This document shows, in pieces, positions 29,347-38,780 of a stretch of 64,000 nt of DNA (its first letter is position 1; each line of letters opens with the position of its first letter). Both the position numbers and the translations under genes were made by a program. The stretch is from NCBI GenBank assembly GCA_028716665.1, contig JAQUPP010000001.1, positions 282,860-346,859 of the forward strand, given 5' to 3'. The notes below the pieces were generated by a model, which saw only the letters and a program-made list of their open reading frames with translations, was not told the DNA's origin and made no database searches. This stretch comes from Patescibacteria group bacterium. GTDB lineage: Bacteria > Patescibacteriota > Patescibacteriia > UBA2591 > JAQUPP01.

Positions 29347-30705
29347 ATGAATATATTGAAATTAATTTTATTTTTATTCATTCCCGGTTTATTAGGCTGG
29401 GGTATTTTAAGACCATTAATAGGTCAAAAAGAAAAATTTAATTTTTTTAAATTAATGATTTTGTCTTTTGGCTTGGGCACCGGAATACTTACTTTTTTAA
29501 TGTTTTTTTGGGGATTTTTAAATTTGCCTATTAAATATTTTATAATTTTTATTTCAATTTTGGCCGGTTTGATTTTAATATTTTACATATTCTTGGGCGG
29601 GCGTTGGAAAATGCCGAAAATTAAAATGCGCCGGTTTGATTTTAATTGGTTGGAAATGATTTTAATTTTAATTATTCTTTTCCAGGTTTTTTATGTTTTT
29701 TCCACCAGTATGATGCGGCCGATTATAAATTTTGACGCTGTAGCCAATTACGGTCTTAAGGCAAAAATGATTTTTTATGAAATTAAAAACTTTTTCAACT
29801 TGGATTCCAATATATTTTTAGGCGGCGATTCGCATATTAATTATCCTCTTCATATTCCTTTGTTGATGGCTTGGACTTATTTCGGCATGGGCCAGGTAAA
29901 TGATGTTTTAGTAAACATAATTTTTGCTTTTTATTTTTTGGCTTTAATCGGTTTTGTTTATTTAAGTTTAAAAGAAAAAATCGGCCGTCAAAATTCTTTG
30001 ATTTTTACCATGTTTTTGGCTACTCTGCCGCTTTTAAATTATCACGGTTTTAACGCTTATTGCGATTTGCCCTTGGCTTTTTATTTTACCGTGGCCGCCA
30101 TTTCCTTGTTTAAATATTTTAAAAATAAAAACAAAACCGACCTGATTTTGGCCGGTATTTTTGCCGGATTAACAACCTGGATTAAAAACGAAGGATTGAT
30201 TTTGGCCGGTATTTTAATTATTGTTTTCGTAATTTATTTGATTCTTGAAAAAATAATAAAATTTAAATTTAAAAGTTTTTTGTTGTTTATTTTTTGTTTT
30301 TTGATTTTCTTTTTGCCATGGTTTCTTTTTAAAATAATTTTCGGTTTCGGTTACAGCAATCTTTCTCCGGAGGCCGTATTTTTAAACGGTTTTCATCCCG
30401 AAATTTTTTCAAAAATTTTGGAGCAATTATTTATTTTTCATTCTTTCCATATTTGGCCTGGCATTTTTTTGATAATTTTAATTTTAAATTGGCGACAAGT
30501 TTTTATTAAACCTAATATTTATTTGTTTTTAATTATTTTTGGCGCTTTGACCGGTTTTTTATTTATTTATCTTTTTACTTCGGCTTATCAATTTGTGATA
30601 GATAGCACGGCCAGCAGCCGCAATTTATTGGTTATTATGCCGTTAACCGTTTTTTTGGCAGGCCTGCTTTATAAGGGTGGTAAGAAAGAGGAAAATTTGT
30701 TATAA
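29347..30705 (+). CDS. Polytopic membrane protein, putative GT-C-type (ArnT/PMT-like) glycosyltransferase
   Basis: More than 10 TM helices; follows a GT2 that would make a lipid-linked sugar donor. Confidence 0.35.
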   Translation: MNILKLILFLFIPGLLGWGILRPLIGQKEKFNFFKLMILSFGLGTGILTFLMFFWGFLNLPIKYFIIFISILAGLILIFYIFLGGRWKMPKIKMRRFDFNWLEMILILIILFQVFYVFSTSMMRPIINFDAVANYGLKAKMIFYEIKNFFNLDSNIFLGGDSHINYPLHIPLLMAWTYFGMGQVNDVLVNIIFAFYFLALIGFVYLSLKEKIGRQNSLIFTMFLATLPLLNYHGFNAYCDLPLAFYFTVAAISLFKYFKNKNKTDLILAGIFAGLTTWIKNEGLILAGILIIVFVIYLILEKIIKFKFKSFLLFIFCFLIFFLPWFLFKIIFGFGYSNLSPEAVFLNGFHPEIFSKILEQLFIFHSFHIWPGIFLIILILNWRQVFIKPNIYLFLIIFGALTGFLFIYLFTSAYQFVIDSTASSRNLLVIMPLTVFLAGLLYKGGKKEENLL

Positions 30706-30715
30706 TTAAGTCATT

Positions 30716-31489
30716 ATGAATGTTTTTTATTGGTTCTTCAGTTTTATTTTTGGCTTGTCAATCGGCAGTTTTTTGAACTGTTTGATTTGGCGTTTGCATA
30801 TTAAAAAATCAATTCAAGGACGTTCTGTTTGTCCTGATTGCGGCCATCAAATTGCCGGGTATGATAATATTCCTGTTTTAAGTTTTATTTTTTTAAAAGG
30901 GCGTTGCCGTCATTGCCATCAAAAAATTTCTTGGCAGTATCCGATAGTTGAATTGGCGACTGGTCTTCTTTTTGTATTTTCTTTTTTAATTTTAGATTCC
31001 AGGCTTCATATTTTAGACTCTATATTTTATATTTCACTTTTTCGCTATTGGATTATCTCAGCCGTTTTAATCTTTACTTTTGTTTATGATTTTAAATATC
31101 TTGAAATTGAAGATGTTGTTCTTCTGCCTTCGGCCGGAATAGTTTTTGTCTTGGATTTATTGCTCGGTTATTCGGCGATTAAAATATTTTTAACTGTTTT
31201 AATCGCTGTTCTTTTTTTTCTTCTCCAATATTGGATAACCAAAGGCAAAGGAGTTGGACTGGGCGATTATAGAATCGGTATTTTTATGGGCATGGCTTTG
31301 GGTAATTGGTCACAGTTGGCAGTGGCGATTTTTATTTCTTACATTGTCGGCACTTTAATCAGTTTAATTTTATTGATTGGCAAAAAGAAAGGAATAAAAA
31401 GCATGATTCCCCTGGGGCCGTTTTTGGCTATCGGAACATTTGCCGCAATTTTTTACGGTCAACAAATAATTAATTGGTACTTGTATTAG
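30716..31489 (+). CDS. pilD: Type IV prepilin peptidase (A24 family)
   Basis: N-terminal zinc motif 'CPDCGHQ...CRHCHQKI', catalytic 'GLGDYRI' region. Confidence 0.9.
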   Translation: MNVFYWFFSFIFGLSIGSFLNCLIWRLHIKKSIQGRSVCPDCGHQIAGYDNIPVLSFIFLKGRCRHCHQKISWQYPIVELATGLLFVFSFLILDSRLHILDSIFYISLFRYWIISAVLIFTFVYDFKYLEIEDVVLLPSAGIVFVLDLLLGYSAIKIFLTVLIAVLFFLLQYWITKGKGVGLGDYRIGIFMGMALGNWSQLAVAIFISYIVGTLISLILLIGKKKGIKSMIPLGPFLAIGTFAAIFYGQQIINWYLY

Positions 31490-31499
31490 AATTTAGAAT

Positions 31500-32069
31500 A
31501 TGGCAAATAAAAATATACTAAAACCGATTCCAAATTCCAATCCGCCAGCTGGCGGACCAAATTCCGGTAAAAGAGCTTTCACTCTTATTGAGCTTGTTGT
31601 TGTTATCAGTATTACAGCTTTAATTGCCGGGATGGTTTTTGCCAATATGAGAAGCGGCGGTCGTTCCGTAAATATTAATTCCGACGCGGAAAAATTAGCA
31701 GGAGTTATTAAACAGGCCCAAATGATGTCTTTAAGCGGCCAGCAAATTAATGGGATCAGGCCGGACGATGGATACGGCGTTTATATTACAACTAATTCTT
31801 ATAAACTTTTTGTTAATGATAATTTAGGCTCCAGTCATTTATATGAAGCCGAAGATACGGTTGTTCAATCTTTTGATTTTACTCAGTATGTGGAAGCGAG
31901 TCCGACCGGAACGACCATAATTTTTATTCCACCTCAGAGTACAATTTATGTTGATGGAAGCCAACTTGGGGATCCGAAAACATTAATCCTCACTCAAACT
32001 CAAGAAAATTTAAATGCTTATGTGAGAATTAAGGCTTATGGCGAAGTTGATGTCCGCAAGTCGCCATAG
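31500..32069 (+). CDS. Type IV pilin-like protein with a 27-aa leader 'MANKNILKPIPNSNPPAGGPNSGKRA|FTLIELVVV'
   Basis: FTLIEL with Glu+5 and a hydrophobic helix; the leader DNA carries the heptamer repeat and the CCGCCAGCTGGCGG palindrome. Confidence 0.8.
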   Translation: MANKNILKPIPNSNPPAGGPNSGKRAFTLIELVVVISITALIAGMVFANMRSGGRSVNINSDAEKLAGVIKQAQMMSLSGQQINGIRPDDGYGVYITTNSYKLFVNDNLGSSHLYEAEDTVVQSFDFTQYVEASPTGTTIIFIPPQSTIYVDGSQLGDPKTLILTQTQENLNAYVRIKAYGEVDVRKSP

Positions 32070-32114
32070 TAATCAAAATCTTAAAAATTATTTTAGAAAT
32101 CAAAATTATAAATT

Positions 32115-32645
32115 ATGAAACGCAGCGCGCAAAGTTTAATTGAGACCATTGTTGCTATTGGCATGATCACGGTCGCCATAGTGGCTATTTTATCTGTAGG
32201 TTTAAGCAATTTAATGTTAAGCGGACAAACCTCGGAAAGAGTGATAGCGACAAATTTGGCTCGCGAAGGGGTTGAAATTATTAATGCCATCAGGAGTAGC
32301 CAAAGATTGGATCCGGATCAAACCTGGCCTTATGGTATGACAAATGGCAATTGGATAGTTGATTACGACGATTCCAGTTTAACCGCAGCCGATTCCGCTA
32401 CAATTGGTGCATGTGATAATTGCAGTCTTTATATAACCGGTAATGATGTTTATACTCGTGATTCCGGCAGTAATACATTAACGATTTATCGCAGATTAAT
32501 TAATATTTCTGATGGCGATATTTTAGGCGGAAATTGTCTTAACGTGGGAGATTGCGAAAAAATAATTACCTCCACGGTTTATTGGACAGAGAGAGGAAGA
32601 CCGCACAGTATTGAACTTAAAACTCATTTAACAGATTGGAGATAA
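32115..32645 (+). CDS. Minor pilin / pseudopilin-like protein (non-canonical 'KRSA|QSLIETIVAIG')
   Basis: Glu at +5 of a hydrophobic N-terminal helix; small size. Confidence 0.6.
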   Translation: MKRSAQSLIETIVAIGMITVAIVAILSVGLSNLMLSGQTSERVIATNLAREGVEIINAIRSSQRLDPDQTWPYGMTNGNWIVDYDDSSLTAADSATIGACDNCSLYITGNDVYTRDSGSNTLTIYRRLINISDGDILGGNCLNVGDCEKIITSTVYWTERGRPHSIELKTHLTDWR

Positions 32646-32703
32646 AGATGGAATCTAGAATATGGAATTTAGAATTTAGAATAAAAAACAAAAAATTTAA
32701 AAT

Positions 32704-33762
32704 ATGGAAGAAAGAACAATAATAAAATCATTTACTGATTTGATGGTGTGGCAGGAAAGCCATAAGCTTATTTTATTGATTTATAAAATTACCAAAAAAT
32801 TTCCAAAAGAAGAACTTTTTGGTTTAACAAATCAAATGCGTCGAGCCGGAGTTTCAATTACGTCTAATATCGCTGAAGGATTTTCCAGACAAAGTTTTAA
32901 AGAAAAATTACAGTTTTATTATATGGCTCTTGGCTCACTGACTGAAGTCCAAAATCAATTTTTAATAGCCAAAGATTTAAAATATTTAGATCAAATAGAG
33001 TTTAGAGAAGCTATTGGGCAAATAACAAGCGTTCATAAATTATTGAATGCTTTTATTAAAAAATCTAAATTGATTCTAAGTTCTAATCCAAATTCCAAAT
33101 TCCAAATTCCAAATTCTAGTAATAAGGGTTTCACCCTCATTGAGCTTTTGATTTCTTTAAGTATTTTAGTAGTAGTGATCTTATCAGCAGTTGGTATTTA
33201 TATTAATATTATCGGCACGCGCAGTAAAAGTTTGGGGCAATTGAATCTTCAGGAAGATGGGCAGTATATCATGAGCTTGATTGTGAAAGATATCCGCGCC
33301 AATAAAATAGATTATGATGAATATGGCGATAGTGATGAGAAAGATTGCGGAATTATAAACGTGAGCACCCTGAAAGTAGGAGACAATACTTCATCAAGAG
33401 TGGCAAAATTATGTTTACTTGATTTTAGTGCGACGCCGAATAAAATCAGATATAAAAGATGTCTTGATCCGAATAATGCAAACAGAGGTGTCCTAAAAAT
33501 ATGCAGAGGTGTTGACTGCACGACCAATGATTGTCCCTCCACGGGCGATACTTATCAAACAATAACTATGGCTAATTTGGGTGTTGAGCGCCTTGATTTT
33601 TATATCAATCCGTTTACTAATCCTTTTACGGCCGGTTCTATTACTTATATTCATCCTCGGGTTACTATAATTTTAAAATTAAAATCTTTAATTGAGAAAC
33701 CCGGTGAAAAACAAATAATTCTTGAGCAGACGGTTCCCCAGAGATACGAGCTCAAAAAATAG
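32704..33762 (+). CDS. In-frame fusion ORF: N-terminal four-helix-bundle protein (PF05635, '23S rRNA IVS'/Avd-like, ~120 aa), a heptamer-repeat-encoded linker 'SSNPNSKFQIPNSSNK', then a type IV pilin ('GFTLIELLISLSILVVV...')
   Basis: Family signature 'VSITSNIAEGFSR' in the N-terminal half; canonical prepilin cleavage/helix motif at aa ~142; the linker is a 4-unit 'ccaaatt' tandem (33088-33119). Confidence 0.7.
   Translation: MEERTIIKSFTDLMVWQESHKLILLIYKITKKFPKEELFGLTNQMRRAGVSITSNIAEGFSRQSFKEKLQFYYMALGSLTEVQNQFLIAKDLKYLDQIEFREAIGQITSVHKLLNAFIKKSKLILSSNPNSKFQIPNSSNKGFTLIELLISLSILVVVILSAVGIYINIIGTRSKSLGQLNLQEDGQYIMSLIVKDIRANKIDYDEYGDSDEKDCGIINVSTLKVGDNTSSRVAKLCLLDFSATPNKIRYKRCLDPNNANRGVLKICRGVDCTTNDCPSTGDTYQTITMANLGVERLDFYINPFTNPFTAGSITYIHPRVTIILKLKSLIEKPGEKQIILEQTVPQRYELKK
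33088..33119. repeat. AAATTCC/AAATTCT heptanucleotide tandem repeat (4 units); member of a dispersed family
   Basis: 'ccaaattccaaattccaaattccaaattctag'. Confidence 0.9.
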
Positions 33763-33821
33763 AATTTGGAATTTAGAATATAGAATTTAGAAAAAATAAA
33801 AATAAGAAAATAACATAAAAT

Positions 33822-34598
33822 ATGGAAAATAAAAATATACTAAAACTGGTTCCAAATTCCAATCCGCCAGCTGGCGGACCAAATTCTAGTAAAGATGGTC
33901 TTTCCATAATTTTAATTCTTTTGATTATTTCTTCTATTTTAACGGGCACGGTTATCGTTGGAGAAACTATTGTTAGACATACGCAGATAGTCAAAGGCGC
34001 TGAAGTTTCCGAAAAAGCCTTTTTTGCCGCTGAAACCGCGGTTGAAAAAGCGATTTATGGAGTGTTTAAAAATTACGCCAGTGTTACCACCGTTACCGAG
34101 GGCAGTATAATTTATGGCGCGACTTCCGCGACTTATTCAGCCAGTGTTAGCATCGACGTTGAAAATCCCGATACGGGTATTGATATAACAAATAGTGATC
34201 CTTGGATAATTTCTTTGGGAGAAGGAGAATCCTTTCAATTGAATTTGGATCTAAACAGCACGGCTTATCCTACGGCCTTGAGAATTGATCGGACGGGCGA
34301 TGGTTTTGGTGATTTGATTTTTTATCAATGTACCGCTTCCAGTAACGGATGTTCTTCTACGGAAAATCAAATTTTTTACTCGAATTTTACCGGACAGGAT
34401 ATTACTTTTAGTCCGTCTATTCCGACAAATTATTATCGAATTAGAATAAATAATTCAGGCGGAACCGGCACTTATACTTTAAAACCAAATTCCGCTACCC
34501 TGCCGATTGGTGTAAATATCACGGCGGAAGGATTCTATGGCGGTTACGAACGTCAGATAAATGACAATTATCCGAAGTGGCAGAAATTCGGGATATAA
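33822..34598 (+). CDS. Pilin-like protein with a duplicated leader 'MENKNILKLVPNSNPPAGGPNSSKDG'
   Basis: The first 23 codons are nearly identical at DNA level to the 31500 gene, including the CCGCCAGCTGGCGG palindrome; a hydrophobic helix follows. Confidence 0.6.
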   Translation: MENKNILKLVPNSNPPAGGPNSSKDGLSIILILLIISSILTGTVIVGETIVRHTQIVKGAEVSEKAFFAAETAVEKAIYGVFKNYASVTTVTEGSIIYGATSATYSASVSIDVENPDTGIDITNSDPWIISLGEGESFQLNLDLNSTAYPTALRIDRTGDGFGDLIFYQCTASSNGCSSTENQIFYSNFTGQDITFSPSIPTNYYRIRINNSGGTGTYTLKPNSATLPIGVNITAEGFYGGYERQINDNYPKWQKFGI

Positions 34599-34705
34599 TT
34601 TTTTTAATGTTTTTATCCACCCTTAAAGAATTGTAAATTTTATAATTAGTAATATACTTAATAGTATAATAATTAAAATTCTCAGAAAGAATTTTTAATA
34701 AAAAT

Positions 34706-37700
34706 ATGAAAATTTCCAATAAAGCGATAACTAATAAATTTTTAGTAAAAAGTTTTTTTATCGCTATTTTAATTATCAGTGCCAGCGCAATGGTTGTTTT
34801 TGCCTGGACAGAACCGACTTTAAGTCCGCCGGACGGAAATACTTCGCCGCCGATTAATGAGGGTTTAACCAGCCAGGGCAAGCTGGGTAATTTAGGTGTT
34901 GGAACAACAAGTCCGATAGAAAAACTTGAAATATATTCCGGAAATATTAATATTCGCCGTCCGGATAATAGCGCTACTATGGGCCTTCTTTTTTCTCAAG
35001 GAGTTAATGATTTATGGAGAACTTATATAACCAATGATAGCGCATCTGACTTAAGATTCCGGGCAGGCGCTACCGACCATATGACAATTCAATATTCTAC
35101 TGGCAATGTCGGCATCGGAACAACAGTTCCAGGATATCCATTGACAGTCAATGGCATTGTCCAAATTGGAACTAATTTATATCTTAATGGCGGAACGACA
35201 AAATATCTTTATGCCTCAGGGAGTGAATTAAGGATTGGAAGCCTCGGCGGCGGTGGTTTTATTTCATTTTACGGCAATGACGGTTCAAATCGCGAAATGA
35301 TGAGAATGACAGGCGCGAATTTGGGTATCGGGACAACAATTCCGGCATACAAGTTAGATGTGGTAGATAATACAAATGATATTAATGTTGGAGTTCGCGC
35401 AACGGCTGCTTCTAAAGCCGTTTATCTTAGATTAGAAGGTACTCACACTACCTATGGTGGTGTTATATATAAGACATCGGGGGCTGATACTTGGAAATTG
35501 GGAAATTTCGGAGATACTGCCGATTCCTTTAATATTTATACAGCAGGTTCAAATAGAATGACAGTATTATCCGGTGGCAACATCGGCATCGGGACAACAA
35601 TCCCGACTACGGTCTTAGATATTAATGGTGCTTTAACCGCTCGAGGTATGGCTGCTCCTTCAACTTCACCTGCGGGTCAAGGCAGAATATATTTTGATTC
35701 AACGGCCAATGTATTTAAGGTTTCAGAACATGGTGGCGTTTATACTAATCTTGTGGGTGGAAATTATTGGACCCGCGATAGTGGAAATGGATATCTTTAT
35801 TCTACGACTCTTACTGACAAAGTCGGTATCGGGACAACGGTTCCGGGGTATAAATTACAGATCAACAATACAGCAAAATCCGGGGCTGATAATGCGTTAG
35901 TCGCGATTAGCAGTTCTGATGCGACAAATCCTTTTCAATTTATTATTGGTAGGTCTGCGGCAGGAGCAGATTCTTATTACTCACTCCAATCAGTCGAGCA
36001 GAATACTGGTTATCGGGATATCGTGTTGCAACCAAATGGCGGCAATGTCGGAATTGGAACAACGGATCCGGGAGCGTATAAATTAAATGTAAATGGACAA
36101 ATTTTAGCCACTAGCTATATTCGCAGTGATAGTTATGTCCAAAGTCGTTCAACCACTCCTTATCTTGATTTATATCAAGATGGACAACAAGAGTGGAAAA
36201 TTGGACAACTTACAGCTGGCAGTAAAACTTTAACATTACAAGCTACTGGAGCAGCATCTCCAGATGTAATGACTTTATTGTCAACGGGTAATGTCGGTAT
36301 TGGGACAACAGTACCGGTTTCACCGTTGCATATTTATAAAGCAGTTGGCGGTGGAGGTATTACTACTTTTCTTACATTAGATCCGCATAGCGGAACCAAT
36401 GAAGATGGTTCAGCTATTGATTTTATTACTTCAACAGATACGGCAACTGTGGGAACTAAAATTGCAGGGGTGCGCGATGCGGCAGGTGCGTATGCTTCTT
36501 TAAGATTTACAACAAGAGGTTCAGATGGATTATTAGAACGAGTCAGAATAGCAAATAACGGCAAAGTCGGCATCGGGACGACAATACCGGGATATAAACT
36601 TGATGTTTGGGATTCCGGAGATGCGGCTATAACCAGAATTAATAATAATAACACAACCCATTACTATACCGGTTTGCGATTAGACAGAGAAGCTTCAGAG
36701 AAATGGTTTGTGGGTATGAATGCCACTGCCAGTAATGATAATTTAGTATTCAGGCGAGCAGGCACTACTGATGATATGGTAATCAGCACGAGCGGTTATG
36801 TCGGCATTGGAACAACCGCGCCAATATCGCAATTATCCGTAGCCATACCATACGCAAAAACCGATACCACAGAGCGCGATGCAATTAACATGGTGACCAA
36901 TGATACAAATCCCTTTAAACTGAATTTTTCAATTACAGGAGCGGCCACCATAGCCAATCGAGCGGCAATTTTACAAACCAGCGATAGTGGCTTGGCTTAT
37001 GGCGGAAATTTAATTCTTCAACCGAATACGGGCAATGTCGGTATTGGGACAACTGGACCAAGTGCTAATAAATTAGTTGTTGATGGCGGCGGACTTACTT
37101 TTCAAGGCGGCGGTTCTCATTATATTACCGGTTTAACGCCATTGGGAGCTGGCGATCCTGATACTTATGCCGCGAATAAAGGTTATGTTGATGCTATCGC
37201 AACGGGCAGTGTTGGTCTTTGGCAAGGTAGTATGACTGGCAATATTTATAAGGCTAATTCCGGCAATGTCGGCATCGGAACGACAGTGCCAGTAGAATTA
37301 TTGCATCTTAAAAAAGACCAAGCAGCTTATACAAATATAAAAATTGAAAATGCCAATTCTGCTGGAGCTGCGCAGGTATTTATGATTAATGATTTAGGTA
37401 GTGCCTACACTCAAGGACTATATGGTTCTACTCATGACGCCTATGGTGCCGTTTCTGCAAATGGTGGATTTACATATTTTAATGGGGCTGGTGGATTAAC
37501 CCTAATGGCAGATAATGCTGCGGGAATTATTAAATTTGCTACAGGAGGTAATAGTGAAAAGGTTCGAATTAATAGTACTGGTTATGTCGGCATCGGAACA
37601 ACAAACCCCTTAGAAAAACTTGAAGTATATTCTGGGAATATTCGTACTCACCGACCGGATAATAGCACCACCATGGGCTATCTTTACGCTCAAGCAGGCA

Positions 37701-38752
37701 CTGATTTATGGAGAACCTATACAACAAATGATAGCGCATCTGATTTAAGATTCCGAGCAGGCGCTACCGACCACATGGCAATTAAATATTCTACCGGCTA
37801 TGTCGGTATTGGAACGACAGGCCCGACACATAATTTACAAGTAAATGGGTATAATACTACTGGTACAAGCGTTGTTAATACAAAGGGGAACTATGATTTT
37901 TATGCTCCGGCTGGTCAATATCCTAGAGATTTGGGATTTGGGGTGATAGCCGGACCTGTTACGGGTAATGTTAATTTATATGGCCTTACTGACTGGAAAA
38001 GTGGTTATGGCGGTTATATAGGTGCTTGGTCAGATGTTACTGCTGCAACCGAGGGGAATACTAATGCGGCAGGTGTTGTTTCTATTTTACGAGGAAGTCC
38101 AACTAACAGTAATGCCTTTGGTTTTTATTCTGATTTGTCTAATTTTTCTGGGGCAGGAGGTAATACAAAATATGGTATTTATAGTACTGGAGAAACTTAT
38201 GATTATTTTGCCGGCAATGTTGGTATTGGGACAACGGTACCTTCTAATCTTTTAAGTGTTTGGGGGCAATTGGCTGTTGGTGAAATAGACATGCTAGATG
38301 CTCCTGATGGTGATAGAAATATTACAAATGTTAATAAACTTACCGTTGCAACCATTGATCCGGTCTATGAAATTAATGGTAAAAAGTATGCGACTTATGC
38401 CGCTTCAATTGCTGGCGGAGTGAAAGAAGAATACACCGGCAAAGCAAAACTTTTTGAAACAAAAACTTCAGAATACGAATACATAATTGATTTTAATAAA
38501 ATAGAGATTGGCTCTGACTTATGGGTTTGGAGGAATGCAGTGGATTTCTCGCGCGATAACGTGGATATATTGATTACCCCTTATGGAGAATCAGCTGATA
38601 TATATTATTTGATTGAAGGCGATAAAATAATTATTCGCGGCGACAAAATGGTTGAATTTTCTTACCGTTTAACCGGCAAAAGATTTGATTGGCAAAATTG
38701 GCCAACCTTATCTAAAGACCAAAATGAAAAAGCTTCATTTATTATCAAATAG
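34706..38752 (+). CDS. Giant secreted surface protein (1348 aa) with more than 15 copies of a Gly-rich 'xGNVGIGTT(I/V)PxxKLxVxG' repeat; phage-tail-fibre/beta-helix-like
   Basis: Signal peptide; the periodic repeats are readable in the translation; internal ~230-bp duplication (34901-35128 versus 37601-37828). Confidence 0.7.
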   Translation: MKISNKAITNKFLVKSFFIAILIISASAMVVFAWTEPTLSPPDGNTSPPINEGLTSQGKLGNLGVGTTSPIEKLEIYSGNINIRRPDNSATMGLLFSQGVNDLWRTYITNDSASDLRFRAGATDHMTIQYSTGNVGIGTTVPGYPLTVNGIVQIGTNLYLNGGTTKYLYASGSELRIGSLGGGGFISFYGNDGSNREMMRMTGANLGIGTTIPAYKLDVVDNTNDINVGVRATAASKAVYLRLEGTHTTYGGVIYKTSGADTWKLGNFGDTADSFNIYTAGSNRMTVLSGGNIGIGTTIPTTVLDINGALTARGMAAPSTSPAGQGRIYFDSTANVFKVSEHGGVYTNLVGGNYWTRDSGNGYLYSTTLTDKVGIGTTVPGYKLQINNTAKSGADNALVAISSSDATNPFQFIIGRSAAGADSYYSLQSVEQNTGYRDIVLQPNGGNVGIGTTDPGAYKLNVNGQILATSYIRSDSYVQSRSTTPYLDLYQDGQQEWKIGQLTAGSKTLTLQATGAASPDVMTLLSTGNVGIGTTVPVSPLHIYKAVGGGGITTFLTLDPHSGTNEDGSAIDFITSTDTATVGTKIAGVRDAAGAYASLRFTTRGSDGLLERVRIANNGKVGIGTTIPGYKLDVWDSGDAAITRINNNNTTHYYTGLRLDREASEKWFVGMNATASNDNLVFRRAGTTDDMVISTSGYVGIGTTAPISQLSVAIPYAKTDTTERDAINMVTNDTNPFKLNFSITGAATIANRAAILQTSDSGLAYGGNLILQPNTGNVGIGTTGPSANKLVVDGGGLTFQGGGSHYITGLTPLGAGDPDTYAANKGYVDAIATGSVGLWQGSMTGNIYKANSGNVGIGTTVPVELLHLKKDQAAYTNIKIENANSAGAAQVFMINDLGSAYTQGLYGSTHDAYGAVSANGGFTYFNGAGGLTLMADNAAGIIKFATGGNSEKVRINSTGYVGIGTTNPLEKLEVYSGNIRTHRPDNSTTMGYLYAQAGTDLWRTYTTNDSASDLRFRAGATDHMAIKYSTGYVGIGTTGPTHNLQVNGYNTTGTSVVNTKGNYDFYAPAGQYPRDLGFGVIAGPVTGNVNLYGLTDWKSGYGGYIGAWSDVTAATEGNTNAAGVVSILRGSPTNSNAFGFYSDLSNFSGAGGNTKYGIYSTGETYDYFAGNVGIGTTVPSNLLSVWGQLAVGEIDMLDAPDGDRNITNVNKLTVATIDPVYEINGKKYATYAASIAGGVKEEYTGKAKLFETKTSEYEYIIDFNKIEIGSDLWVWRNAVDFSRDNVDILITPYGESADIYYLIEGDKIIIRGDKMVEFSYRLTGKRFDWQNWPTLSKDQNEKASFIIK

Positions 38753-38780
38753 AATAATTAATAATCTAATTATAAAATAT

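Noticed and set aside
33773-33994. Minus-strand ORF 33773-33994 overlapping the start of the 33822 pilin gene
   Set aside because: It is antisense to a pilin leader that is conserved at DNA level with the 31500 gene and runs through the intergenic heptamer repeats; no support as a gene
35694-38255. Short ORFs inside or antisense to the giant fibre genes (e.g. 35694-35900, 36334-36654 minus, 38022-38255, 42137-42355, 44600-44800 minus, 45071-45268 minus)
   Set aside because: They are embedded in long, repeat-rich, confidently coding frames. They arise from low-complexity Gly/Thr codon repeats read in other frames
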